Of a DNA stretch of 64,000 nucleotides, positions 10,101 through 21,100 are shown piece by piece (the stretch's first letter is position 1; each line of letters begins with the position of its first letter). The stretch is from Candidatus Woesearchaeota archaeon. GTDB taxonomy: Archaea > Nanobdellota > Nanobdellia > Woesearchaeales > UBA11576. Location of the stretch: the NCBI GenBank assembly GCA_018668595.1, contig JABJCP010000009.1, forward strand, positions 62,735 to 126,734, read 5' to 3'. The notes under the pieces are model-generated. The model was not told where the DNA came from and did not search any database. It saw only the letters and a program-made list of their open reading frames with translations. A program made the translations under genes and the position numbers.

Positions 10101-10601
10101 ATGAATTCAAAACTAAGTTTAGAAGAAGTTATTGTTTATTCTAGAACTGTTAAAAAAGTTGAAACAGTAACTGTACAAAAACACATTCCCTCGTCGTGGG
10201 ATATAGCAGATAGAGAATATGGGTGGACTAGAGAAGATTATAGTGTTGCCTCGAGGCCTGAACAAAAAGTTGTGACTAGAACTATTTTTGAGTTGGTTGT
10301 TTTTAATCCTGAATCTAATAGATCTGTTCATATTTCCCAAGTAGATGGCAAAACTTATCACGAGCTGTCTGCGATTTTGAAATTAGAACTAAAAAGTCCT
10401 AGGTTGAGTATAACTCAAGCAAAATTATCTGCAAATAATAATCAATACGTAGTTAGAAATATTTTAGATCGTGCTGAAATTTTTGATGTAAAAAATAACA
10501 AACAAGTTTCAGTTATCAACGGCAAGATTTTGTACGCGGCAACTTATTCTAAACAAGAGTTGTCAAAGCATCTTCCTGCACATATTAATAATAAAATTTA
10601 A
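10101..10601 (+). CDS. Hypothetical protein
   Basis: The likely start MNSKLSLEE at 10101 follows the upstream stop, with a GAGGT SD. Confidence 0.35.
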   Translation: MNSKLSLEEVIVYSRTVKKVETVTVQKHIPSSWDIADREYGWTREDYSVASRPEQKVVTRTIFELVVFNPESNRSVHISQVDGKTYHELSAILKLELKSPRLSITQAKLSANNNQYVVRNILDRAEIFDVKNNKQVSVINGKILYAATYSKQELSKHLPAHINNKI

Positions 10602-10624
10602 AAATTTTAATGGAGGAAATTAAA

Positions 10625-12064
10625 ATGAATGGAAATAAACGAATTGTTCAAGTGGGAATTAATGGTTTTGGTGTTATGGGTAGACTTATTTATAGATTAT
10701 TAGATAAACATCCTTTAATCGATGTTGTAAAAATAAATGATTTAGCACCTAAATCAACATTAGATTATTTGTTAAAATATGATTCTGTGCACGGAAGATT
10801 TGACAAAGGTTTGGAAAATATAGAATATTCTTCGGAAAGTAATCCGAAAAATATTTTTTGGCAAGGTGTAGATATAGTTGTAGACTCAACTCCTGATTTG
10901 AAAACATATGAGCATCTTAGTAAACATTTAGAACAGGGTGCAGAATATGTCATTCGAACTTCTCCACTTGGAGGAAATCTAGAAAAAACTCAAACAATTA
11001 TTCAAGGAGTTAATGATAATTCTCTCGACCTTGATAATTATAGAATACTTAGTTTGGCTTCTTGCACAACTAATTGTTTGGCGCCTCTAGTAAAGCTTGT
11101 AAAAGAGTTTTGTCAAAAAACAAGAAATTCTGTTGAAGATTTAGATTTTGTAACTGTTCACGCATATACTAATGATCAAGCAATTAAGGATTCTGCCCAT
11201 AGTTCTGATCTTCGTCGAGGTAGAGATGTTAATAATATTATTGAAACAGGTACTGGTGCTAGTTCTCAGATTGAATTATTTTTCCCAGAACTCAAAGGAA
11301 AAATATTTGGGACTGCTTATCGTGTTCCTGTTTCTGATGGTTCTGTTCTTGAACTAAGAGTTAAAACCAGAAATGGTTTTTCATTAGAGCAATTTAATAA
11401 TTTTGTAAAGCTTGCATCTGAAAATGATCTGAAAAATATTTTGCGTTATGAAACTCTTCCGCTTGTTTCTAGTGATTGCATTGATGATGCGCATACTTGC
11501 ATTTATCTTGAGTCTGCTGCGCAACAATTAAGCAATAATAAAGTCAAACTTGGTGCTTTGTATGATAACGAATTTGGTTACAGTAGTAAGATTGTTGATT
11601 TGATAAAATTAATTGAACAGAAAAAATTTGATCCAATCAGAACAACTTTTGAAGGGTACCGAACAGAAATGACTGTTGAGGCTGAAGGTCCTTATGGTCC
11701 TGATTGTGATGATTGGGATGAATTAAATTATCAAGATGTTGTAAAGTGTTTAAAAAATTTAGAAACAAAAAATAATTGGAAGTTCGAAGAAAATAAAACT
11801 GGAAAGGCACAAGGTGATGGAACTCTTTATACAAATCGAGGAATGTATAAAATTAAGATTGGTTGGTCTGGTAAGTATGTTACTTTGCTTGATCAAAAAG
11901 GAGATACTATGGATTTGAGCGGGGACAGAAAAAACCATGATTTTGTTAGAGGCGAAATTGGAAATGAATTCCATAAAGAGCTTCAAAAACGTGAGATCGA
12001 GTATACTGATGAAGATCGTGAATGGGATGAAGCAATGGAGATGAGTCCTGATGATCATGAGTGA
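10625..12064 (+). CDS. gap: Type-I glyceraldehyde-3-phosphate dehydrogenase with an unusual ~150-aa acidic C-terminal extension
   Basis: The NAD-binding N-terminus is RIVQVGINGFGVMGRL. The catalytic motif ASCTTNCLAP is present. The start at 10625 follows a GGAGG SD, and the track ATG at 10610 lies inside that SD. Confidence 0.7.
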   Translation: MNGNKRIVQVGINGFGVMGRLIYRLLDKHPLIDVVKINDLAPKSTLDYLLKYDSVHGRFDKGLENIEYSSESNPKNIFWQGVDIVVDSTPDLKTYEHLSKHLEQGAEYVIRTSPLGGNLEKTQTIIQGVNDNSLDLDNYRILSLASCTTNCLAPLVKLVKEFCQKTRNSVEDLDFVTVHAYTNDQAIKDSAHSSDLRRGRDVNNIIETGTGASSQIELFFPELKGKIFGTAYRVPVSDGSVLELRVKTRNGFSLEQFNNFVKLASENDLKNILRYETLPLVSSDCIDDAHTCIYLESAAQQLSNNKVKLGALYDNEFGYSSKIVDLIKLIEQKKFDPIRTTFEGYRTEMTVEAEGPYGPDCDDWDELNYQDVVKCLKNLETKNNWKFEENKTGKAQGDGTLYTNRGMYKIKIGWSGKYVTLLDQKGDTMDLSGDRKNHDFVRGEIGNEFHKELQKREIEYTDEDREWDEAMEMSPDDHE

Positions 12065-12110
12065 CTTTTTCTTTTTTTCTTTTCTTTTCATTTCTTTTCG
12101 CATTTCTTCC
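12065..12110 (+). terminator. Pyrimidine/oligo-T-rich tract downstream of gap
   Basis: The tract reads ctttttctttttttcttttcttttcatttcttttcg. Confidence 0.2.
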
Positions 12111-12277
12111 GACGAGAAAAACAATTAAGATAATTACGTAATATTATTCATTTTTATTCATTTATATCTTATATGTTCATCCAATAAAAGATTTTAAAGC
12201 AAAAATTCAATTTGATACTATTTTAAAGTAGTAATAAAACAAAAAGTTTATATATCATTAATAAGAAATAATAACTT

Positions 12278-12493
12278 ATGAAACACATCATGAGTGTAAG
12301 CCTTGATGAAGATACAATCATCAAACTTCGCGAACTGTTGAGATCAAAAAACTTCAGAAATAAAAGTCATGCAGTAGAGCAAGCTATACTGGGCATGCAT
12401 GAAAATTCTATTAATAATAAATCCGAAGATGTCACTTCTGACAATCTTAATTCAGATAATATTGATCCTAATTCTAGAGGTGATGATGAATGA
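12278..12493 (+). CDS. Small ribbon-helix-helix (CopG/Arc-like) protein; its stop overlaps the start of the first kinase gene (ATGA)
   Basis: MSVSLDEDTIIKLRELLRSKNFRNKSHAVEQAI has a beta-strand/helix/helix pattern. Confidence 0.4.
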   Translation: MKHIMSVSLDEDTIIKLRELLRSKNFRNKSHAVEQAILGMHENSINNKSEDVTSDNLNSDNIDPNSRGDDE

Positions 12494-15183
12494 AAGATGT
12501 TGAGAGAAATTTGGAAATAATAGTGGGAGATAACTTATTTGGGCGTCCGCATCAGTCAGAACATTTCACTTTTGAGTTTGAGGGAAAAACTTATCTTATT
12601 GCTGAAAAAAATTTATCAGATCCGGACGCAGTTTATTCTAAAGATGGACTCGCAAATTTATTTGGAACAGAGCATTATCAGATAGATGGAGTTATCAAAA
12701 CAAAAGATAAAACTTTGCTTAAAGTTAAACTGAGCTCTAAAGGTCCTGAATCCTTAGTTTCTAGCGATGGAAAAATGGATTGGTTTGGTTGTCCTCATCA
12801 AAAGTTATTTGAGATTATTACTGTGAGTGGTAAGGAATTTCTTTTAGCTATTCCCTCGGGAGAAGATCTAGAACGATTTTATGATATTACTGGCGAACCT
12901 GTTGATTTATTTGGAGGGCCACATGAAAGTGTGTTAGATATGTTCAAAATGGGTGATGAACCTTTTATTGTTGCAACAAAAGATGATCGAGATGCAGTAT
13001 ATTCCTCTGATGGAAAAAATAATTGGTTTGGCGGACCTCATTATCATATTTTTACACAGTTAAAAGAGATTGATGGAAAAAAATTTATCAAGGCACAGAA
13101 GGAAAAAGACGGTCCTGTTGCGATATACTCTTCTGATGGACAACTTCATTGGTTTAATGGTCCTTTTGGTAGAATATCTGGAGGAATAGTTTTTGTAGAT
13201 GGTCAACCTCTTTTAAAAGCGAGTCAGAGTACTTCTGGAAATTGTTTACTTTATACTTTAGAAGGAAGACCTAGTGGTCTTTTTGGTGGTCTTGAAAAAT
13301 ATTTTAATTGGCAATTTTTAGATTTTAATAATCTTGATTTTATTGTTGCTAAATTTGAAAAAAATGGAAAAGAGTATTTGGTTTCAAAAGAGTGCAAAAT
13401 AAATTTGTTTGGCGGACCGCACGAAAAAATACTTGGTTTACGAGATGTAGATAATCAAAATTATTTAGAAGTAATTAGAACTGAAAACAAAGCAATAAAC
13501 TATTTGATAAGTTCCGATGGTTTAGGTTTTACAAGTAAAGAAGATATTCTATGTTCTAATTTGGCTTCTGAGAAAAATTATAGTGATACTTATAAGCGTA
13601 TTTTAAGTTGGTTTAGAGAATTTAGTTCAGATATAGGTTTTATATCTAAAGAAATTGCTGATCTAATCGAACAAACTAATTTGTTGGATCATTCAAGAAG
13701 ATTATTTAATTTAACAGGAGAAGAACTTTTGAATGAGTTGGCAAAATCACCTGAAGATTTTATACTTGACGAGTCTGACAATAAAGAGGGTTTCAAAAAA
13801 GTTGAAGGTTATGAAGATTTAATAATGTTTAATAGAGTCGACTTATTTAAAGATTGGTTAAATTTAGTTATTGAATATTCTGATAATAAAACTGAGTCTT
13901 TAAGTTTAAAAGAGTCTATTTTAGCAATTCAAAGAATTCATTCCCAAGAAAGTCATGAACGGTTTGATGATTGTTTAAGTTATAATTTGAAATTACTTAG
14001 GCGTAATAGAAATAGTCTTGCTGAGATAACTGAATGTTCCAAATTAAGTTTTAATAATTATAATATATTAAAAAAACTTGGTCAAGGTGCTTTTAAGAAA
14101 GTTTATCTTGCAGAAGCAAAAGTAAGTCCTGGTCATTTTGTTGCTTTAAAGCAAATTGATCCTACTGCTTATTGGACTGATAGGATTCTTGAGCATTATG
14201 ATTCTGTTGATGATTGGGTTGGTGCAGAGCTTTCCATTAATCATCTTGCTAAGTTAAATTCTGATTTTGTGGCAAAGCCAGAAACTCCCTTCAAAGGAGA
14301 AGATGGTATTTTTTATTATGTTGAGCAGGCTTTCAAGGAAACGTTGAAAGATAAAGTTTCTCGAGAAGGAAAATGTGATTTATCTGAAGGATTAAAGATC
14401 GCTTTACAAATCGTAACTGGTTTAAGCGATTGTCATAATTATAAAAAACCTATTATTCATAAAGATTTAAAGCCTGATAATATTGGTCTTGATGAAAATG
14501 GAACTGTTAAGTTAACAGACTTTGGTAGTTTAGATTCTTTAAGTCATGATTTGTCTGATAGAGATTTATCAAATATTAACTACTCACCTGAAAAGGTTTT
14601 GAGAGGAGAAAAGAATGATGAAAAGACTAATATTTACTCAGTAGGTTTAGTTATGTTTTATGTTTTTACTGGAGACAACTTCTTTGATCCAGATAAAAAA
14701 GAAGATCGAAGAGAATATGTAAAAGGATTGTTACAATTAATAACTGAATATTCTAATTTATCTTGTGATGAAAAAGAAGATTTAATTAAAAAAAGTTTAG
14801 AGCATTTAGGAAGTAATGAAAAAGAAAAAGTATTTTATGCTTCGATTGGTAAAGTTATTCTGGCTTGTTTAGAAAGCGAATCTAAAGACTCTTATTTTAA
14901 TATGGAAGATGTGAGCACAGATCTTTCCAAATTAACTAATTATTTAGAAGGAAAATCAGAGGATAGTTCTGTTTTATGGGATAAATTCAGAGAACTTGAA
15001 CCATTTGGTTCTGAAGATAGTAAAGATAAAGACATTTTTGATGCATTTCTTGACGGAGAAGTAGAGCGTCAAAGACCTCTTGATGCATTAAGAAAATATA
15101 AAGGAGTTTTAGATGATTCTGATTACAGAACTATTGAAATAGCATTAAGCTTGTGCGAACATAATCAGCAGACTAAAAAGTAA
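12490..15183 (+). CDS. Ser/Thr protein kinase (eukaryotic-type) with an N-terminal ~45-aa 'FGGPH ... AVYSSDG' repeat domain (7-8 copies; beta-propeller-like)
   Basis: The Gly loop is LGQGAFKKVYLAE, the beta3 lysine is in FVALKQI, the catalytic loop is HKDLKPDNIG, DFG is present (KLTDFGS) and the APE-like motif is YSPE. Repeats include WFGCPHQKLF, LFGGPHESVL, WFGGPHYHIF and LFGGPHEKIL. Confidence 0.75.
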   Translation: MKDVERNLEIIVGDNLFGRPHQSEHFTFEFEGKTYLIAEKNLSDPDAVYSKDGLANLFGTEHYQIDGVIKTKDKTLLKVKLSSKGPESLVSSDGKMDWFGCPHQKLFEIITVSGKEFLLAIPSGEDLERFYDITGEPVDLFGGPHESVLDMFKMGDEPFIVATKDDRDAVYSSDGKNNWFGGPHYHIFTQLKEIDGKKFIKAQKEKDGPVAIYSSDGQLHWFNGPFGRISGGIVFVDGQPLLKASQSTSGNCLLYTLEGRPSGLFGGLEKYFNWQFLDFNNLDFIVAKFEKNGKEYLVSKECKINLFGGPHEKILGLRDVDNQNYLEVIRTENKAINYLISSDGLGFTSKEDILCSNLASEKNYSDTYKRILSWFREFSSDIGFISKEIADLIEQTNLLDHSRRLFNLTGEELLNELAKSPEDFILDESDNKEGFKKVEGYEDLIMFNRVDLFKDWLNLVIEYSDNKTESLSLKESILAIQRIHSQESHERFDDCLSYNLKLLRRNRNSLAEITECSKLSFNNYNILKKLGQGAFKKVYLAEAKVSPGHFVALKQIDPTAYWTDRILEHYDSVDDWVGAELSINHLAKLNSDFVAKPETPFKGEDGIFYYVEQAFKETLKDKVSREGKCDLSEGLKIALQIVTGLSDCHNYKKPIIHKDLKPDNIGLDENGTVKLTDFGSLDSLSHDLSDRDLSNINYSPEKVLRGEKNDEKTNIYSVGLVMFYVFTGDNFFDPDKKEDRREYVKGLLQLITEYSNLSCDEKEDLIKKSLEHLGSNEKEKVFYASIGKVILACLESESKDSYFNMEDVSTDLSKLTNYLEGKSEDSSVLWDKFRELEPFGSEDSKDKDIFDAFLDGEVERQRPLDALRKYKGVLDDSDYRTIEIALSLCEHNQQTKK

Positions 15184-15211
15184 AATTTGAAAAATATTTG
15201 AAACTAATAAA

Positions 15212-18118
15212 ATGAACACTAAACAAAAACTTTCAAAAGAGCAAAAAGAAAAAATCTTGGCTAAAGTAGAGAAAGCTAGGCGGGCAAAATTAGTTGATCG
15301 TCTATATGTTGATGGTATTTTTCATTTAAGTTCAGATGTAAGATCTAAAACTGCGGAGAGTTTAGGTGTTTTAGCAAGCATTAATGTGCGCGATTATGTG
15401 GATTTTTTTGAATTTAGTATAAAAAGTTCTAATTCGAGTGTGCAGGACAACGCTTCAAAAACTCTTGCTGATTTAGTTCATGTTGATAAAAATAAATTTC
15501 TTAAATTTTATGAGCGATTTATGTTTAAAAGAGGCTCACAGAGTATGGCCAAAACATTGAGTGAATTAGCAAAAGTTGATCCTTACAAATATTTCGAGTT
15601 ATGTGAAGAGGGAATGAATCATTCAAGCGATATGGGAAGAAGTTTTGTTGCAGTTGCATTAGGTGATATGGCTAAATTATTTCCTGATAAGTATATTGAA
15701 ATCTTTGAAAAGAATTTTGGTCGTGATCATGTATCAGGACCTTTAGTTAGTACTCTTGGCAATTTAGCGATTAATGATGAAAAGAAATATATTGAGTTTT
15801 ATAAACTAGCGATGAAAAATAAAAGTAAGTTTGTGAGGTGTAGTGCAGCTGAGACATTAGGTTCTTTAGCAAGTGTTAATCCTGAAAAATATGTTATGTT
15901 ATATTCTCTAGCAATAAATGATAAATCTGACTTTGTATTTACTGACGCAGCAAAAACATTGGGCAGTTTAGCAAAAGCAGATCTTAATTTGTATATTAAA
16001 TTGTTCAAAGAATGCATTAATAATAAAAAAGATCGCGTTAGAAAAGGTGTTGCTTTATCTCTTCGTTCATTATGTCCTGTTAATTATAGCGCGTATGTTG
16101 AATTGTTTGAATTAGGTATTGATAAAGGATTTAGTGTGGCAAGTTCTGTTGCAAGTACAATTGATTGTTTAGCAAATGCACAGTCTGAAGATATTTATGT
16201 TGAATTTTTAGACAAATGTTTGGATCATTCTGAAGAGGAAGTTAAAAGTAGTGCTTTAAGAACAGTAGGTAAATTAATTAATTCAAATCCTCAAACATAT
16301 TTCAAGTTACTCGAATCTGGTAATTATGCTGACTTTTTTAATTCTGATGCATTAGGTGTTTTTTTAATTAAATTAAGAGAAAAAGATCCTGAAATTTATT
16401 CTAAGCTACGTTCTAATTTAAGACAGGGTGTTGATTGGGGAGATGTTTTAGCAAGTATTTCGCCCAAACTATTTTTAGAAATGTATGATTCTAAGTACAA
16501 AATACATTCTCTTAATTCAAAAGTTAAGTTGAGTTCTTTAGCATTAACATTAACTGAAGAAAATTTGACCCCTATTAGAGATGAAGCTTACAAATTGTTT
16601 GAATCATATCTTGAGTCTAATTTTATTTTGACAGAAGATAGAACTCTTAAATCAGAAGAAGCAATTACTAAAGAATTGAAAGGTTTACTTTCTATTGAAA
16701 AATTGAATTATTTGAGGTTGACTGAAGTATTTAGGTCGAGTGATGTGAATTCAATGAATTTATTTGAAATAGATGATTTTAGTTTTCCAAATGCTAGAGA
16801 TCTTGATGAAATGGTCGAATGCGCACAGCGGTTTATTCCTAACTATTCAATTTTGTCAAGAGAATCCCGAGGAAGTTCAAAAATAGTTTACAAAGCAATT
16901 TATCAAAAACCAGGTTTTGATCCTGTCGAAGTTGCTCTGAAAATAGTAGATAGAACTGGTCTTCCTGATTCGTCTAATGTTGATGCATTAGTTGATCGTT
17001 TTGGTTTAGAAGATTTAACTAGGAAAGAAGTTAGCAAGTTGTTTAAATTAAATAAAAAAGGAATTGCCAGATTGATTGACTTTGGTAAACTTGCAGATGG
17101 AAAACTGTTTATTACAGAAGAGTTTATTCGAGGTAAAACTTTTAGAGAATATTTGGAAAAACGGGAAGAATTTAAATCTCTTTGCGATTTGTTAGATCAA
17201 AAGCGTTCTTCATTTTTTAATAAGTTTGTTAATGCAGAAATTGAATCTTTTGTTAATAATAATTTGACAGATTTTATTATGGGTATGAAACAGCAATTGT
17301 GTTTATCAAAATCGGATCATCAATATTTAAACCAATCTATTTTCAAAGGAAATCTTGTATTTTCTGATTCTAAGGTAGATAATTTTAAACCTAAAGATAG
17401 AGTTTGTTTATTATATTTACAGCTTTTCAGAGATTTAATAAATAATATTGAATATATTCAAGATTTAGGATTTATACATTTAGATATTAAACCAGAAAAC
17501 GTAATTATTAATCAAGATGTTTATTTAACAGATCTTCAAACAGTTATTGAAAAATTAAGGGCGAATGATTCGGTTAAAGGAGTTCATGGTTCAAGAAATT
17601 ATGCTATGCCTCAACTTATAGAAGGAGGCATTCCTGATTTTTCTGCAGATATTTATTCTCTTACAGTTATGTTGTTTGAAGCAATTACTGGAGAACTTCC
17701 TTATGATAAATATTCTTCAGATAAACAAGATAGTTTTCATAAAGAACGAATTGAACAATGGTCTGAGAAATCAAAATTAATTCATGAAAGATTTTCTTCA
17801 TTTAAAAATATTTTTAATAGAATGTTTGGAGAAGGGTCTTTTGGAACTTATTATGAATCAATAAATGAGTTTAAACAGGATTTTCAGCAAGCATTCAGTT
17901 CTATTTTTTTAAGTAATAATTACTTAATTGGAAATACTACTATGTTAGAGCAAGACATGAGATCAATTAACTTGTTAAGAAAAAAGTATGGTGCTAGAGA
18001 ATTAAGAGAAGTGCTTTTCGAAACTCAAGACATTCCTCTTACTGATGATGGATATTTTGATGAAATGGCAGGTTGTGAAACTGTAGATAATACTTTTGAT
18101 GATGAAGAATTTGAATGA
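15212..18118 (+). CDS. HEAT/PBS-lyase-like repeat protein fused to a degenerate protein-kinase domain (HLDIKPEN present, but DFG replaced by DLQ and the Gly loop degenerate)
   Basis: Repeats include ETLGSLASVNPEKYV and AKTLGSLAKADLNLYI. The kinase core reads HLDIKPENVIINQDVYLTDLQ. It is a paralog of 24239..26455 (shared YKAIYQKPGFDPxxVALKIVxRTxLPDSSNVD). Confidence 0.65.
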   Translation: MNTKQKLSKEQKEKILAKVEKARRAKLVDRLYVDGIFHLSSDVRSKTAESLGVLASINVRDYVDFFEFSIKSSNSSVQDNASKTLADLVHVDKNKFLKFYERFMFKRGSQSMAKTLSELAKVDPYKYFELCEEGMNHSSDMGRSFVAVALGDMAKLFPDKYIEIFEKNFGRDHVSGPLVSTLGNLAINDEKKYIEFYKLAMKNKSKFVRCSAAETLGSLASVNPEKYVMLYSLAINDKSDFVFTDAAKTLGSLAKADLNLYIKLFKECINNKKDRVRKGVALSLRSLCPVNYSAYVELFELGIDKGFSVASSVASTIDCLANAQSEDIYVEFLDKCLDHSEEEVKSSALRTVGKLINSNPQTYFKLLESGNYADFFNSDALGVFLIKLREKDPEIYSKLRSNLRQGVDWGDVLASISPKLFLEMYDSKYKIHSLNSKVKLSSLALTLTEENLTPIRDEAYKLFESYLESNFILTEDRTLKSEEAITKELKGLLSIEKLNYLRLTEVFRSSDVNSMNLFEIDDFSFPNARDLDEMVECAQRFIPNYSILSRESRGSSKIVYKAIYQKPGFDPVEVALKIVDRTGLPDSSNVDALVDRFGLEDLTRKEVSKLFKLNKKGIARLIDFGKLADGKLFITEEFIRGKTFREYLEKREEFKSLCDLLDQKRSSFFNKFVNAEIESFVNNNLTDFIMGMKQQLCLSKSDHQYLNQSIFKGNLVFSDSKVDNFKPKDRVCLLYLQLFRDLINNIEYIQDLGFIHLDIKPENVIINQDVYLTDLQTVIEKLRANDSVKGVHGSRNYAMPQLIEGGIPDFSADIYSLTVMLFEAITGELPYDKYSSDKQDSFHKERIEQWSEKSKLIHERFSSFKNIFNRMFGEGSFGTYYESINEFKQDFQQAFSSIFLSNNYLIGNTTMLEQDMRSINLLRKKYGARELREVLFETQDIPLTDDGYFDEMAGCETVDNTFDDEEFE

Positions 18119-18132
18119 ACTAAAAACAAAAA

Positions 18133-21100
18133 ATGAACATTGAAAAGATTTTAAACCAAGTTGAAAGAGAACGTCGAAAAATCTTAATCGGAGATATGTT
18201 TAGTTCTGGTCTTAGGGTTAAAGATCGTCATGCTAAAGAATCATTTGCAAACAAACTTCATAAACTTGCAGATATTGACTTGCCAAAATTTGTTGAACTT
18301 TACCAAAGAGAAATTAAAAAATTACATAGGGGTGGTTTGAATGATGTTTGTTGGGAGTTTAGTGTCAGTTCTAAAATCGCAAAGCAGCTTGGAGCATTAG
18401 TTAAAAGTGATATTGATCTTTATGAACAACTTTTCGAAGAAACTGTGAATAGAACGTATAAATTTCCAGACTCTAATCGAAAGGTTGCGACGGGGTGTAT
18501 TAGTACCTTGGAAACTGTTGCAGAAATAAATCAAGATCGATTTTTAGATATTTATCATGCTTGTCTTCATCAAGGTAATAAAAAAGTTAAGCAGAGCGCT
18601 TCATACTCAATAAAGCCTTTAGCAAAATTAAATCCTGAATTGTTTGAAGAGTTATTGACAGATCAAATATTAAATTACGGTTCGCAAGTTTTAGATTGGT
18701 CAATAGGTTTTTTACCGCGTCTAGCAGATATTAATATTGATAAAACTAAATATCTTTTAGAGCATTGTTTGAATTCAGAAAGTAAAAAATTAAAAAAATT
18801 TGCAGTTCTCGAACTTAATTCTTTAGCAGTTAAATTTCCAGAGTCATTTTCTCAACATTTGCTTGATGTTTTCAAAAATAAGTATGGTAAAGAAGTTCAT
18901 GAATCTGCATCAGTGAGTTCATTAGTAGAAGTAGCAGTACATTCAAATATTGATCCTGTTGCTTTTGCAATTAGTTGTTCTGATTTTGATACTGGAGAAG
19001 ATCCTTTAGGTTATCAGGTTAGAATGGAATTTATTAGTTATTTGTTCAAGGAAGATCCTAGAAAAACCTATGATTTGATAAAATATAAGTATGATCTTGA
19101 TAAAAACCTGGCAGATTTAATAAGTCGGTCAGCAAAAGACGATGATTTTGGTGCTGTTTTTAAAGATGAATTAAGCAGAAGAGATATTGATATTCTGGAT
19201 CCTGGCACTTCAAAAATCATTTTTGAAAATTTAGAGGGCATAATAGAACAAGATTCTCAGTTAGGTGTTGAACTTTTTAATTTCCTTGAAGAGAATGGTT
19301 CTGAAGATGTTAAAAAGAACTTATTTAATTATGTGCATCTTTTAATCGCATTTGATTTGGATAAATTCGAATCAGTTTTTAATCATACCCTTAATCAATC
19401 TACAAAAGAAACAAGTAATAGCATTTACTCTCATTTGGGTAAAGTTGCTGTTGTTAATACAGAAAAATATGTTGAACTTTATAAAAAAGCAACTTGCAAA
19501 ACTGTTGATCATTCTATTAGAATAGATATTATAGAAACTCTTGGTTCTCTTGCAAAAGTAGATCCTGATAAATATATTGAACTCTTTGAAGAGAACTTAA
19601 CGCGAGACCAATTTATTAGGTCCTCAACTTTCGAAACTCTTCACAATCTTGCAGATTCTCGACCAGAAAAGTATGTTGAACTTTGTGATATTGGTATGAG
19701 TGATAACTCTAGTTATGTTTATCGAGATACAATAAGATCTTTAAAACCATTAGCAAAAATTGATCCTGATAAATTCAAAAAATATGTTGTTGAAGGTTTT
19801 AATAGTAGAAAAACTGAAGTTGCGCCTTTTGCAGCAGAACTCATTCCTTTACTTGCACCTATTGATCCAAAACTATGCACAGAACTTGCAAAAAAAGCTT
19901 TAAGAAAAAAAGATTGGCAGATCAAGATAAAATCAGCAGATGCACTTGAAGCACTTGCAGATAATTATTTAGAAAATAAGATCCAGCATTTTAAAGATGA
20001 TTGTAATAAATTCATAAAAAAATATCTCCAATCAAAATATGTTCAAACAAAAGAGGGAGAAGATAGATCAGAACAAGACGTAACAGATGAACTAATTGAA
20101 TTGATACAAAAAAAAGATCTTGATTACAAATCAATGCTTGAATCTTTAGGGTATGAAAAAGCAGAAAATCTAGATGAACTAGTCGAACTTTCTAAAATTA
20201 AATTTGGTTCATATAAATTAATAAAAAAACTAGGCCAAGGTGCTTTCAAATCTGTTTATTTGGCAGAATCTACTTTGAGTTCAGGATTGTTTTTCGCTCT
20301 TAAAAAAATTAATCCGTCGCAATTTGGAGATGAACTAATAAGTCAGCATTATGATTCTTTTGAGGATTGGCTTGATGCTGAACTTCATATTACTAGACTT
20401 GCAATGGTTGATTCAAAATATGTTTCAAGACCTCAGCTTCCAAGAAAAGATGATGCTGGATTCTTTTACTTAACTGAGCAACCATTCAAAGAAAATTTAA
20501 AAGAAAAATTGCAAAATCAAAAAATCAATTTAATTGAGTCATTCAATTTAATTATTCAAATAGTTGAAGGGCTAGAAGATTGTCATAATTTTTACCAAGG
20601 TCCAATTATTCATAAGGATCTTAAACCAAGTAACATTGGAATAGATGAACTTGGACATATTAAACTTACTGATTTCGGTAGTTTAGAAACAATGAGTCGC
20701 GATCTTAGCGACGGAGATCTTTCAAATATTCTTTATTCTGCTCCTGAGGTTTTACAAGGAGAAAAAACAACCATTAAAAGCAATATTTGGACTGTTTGTA
20801 ATTTAATGTATAATATTCTAACGGGCGATGATTTGTTTGCTCCTGAAAATAATTCAAAACCTAAATCTACAGATGAAAACAGAGAAACATATGCGAAAAT
20901 TTCTTTAGAAAAAATGATGAAAACTTCAGAACTTGGTGTTAAAGACAAAGTCGTTTTTTTAAGAGATAAACTTTGCGAAAACTATAATCAAGAGTCTGTT
21001 GAATATAGAACATTAACTATTCTTGCAGGAGTTATTGCAGGAGGACTTTTTGAAAATCCTGAAGAAAGAGTTTACAATTCTATGACTGAATTAAAAACTG

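Noticed and set aside
10610-10624. Track start codons embedded in SD sequences (10610, 6692, 28552; also TTG starts at 49555, 50709, 56765)
   Set aside because: The upstream ATG or TTG lies within, or immediately after, the GGAGG motif. A downstream ATG with correct SD spacing and paralog alignment is preferred.
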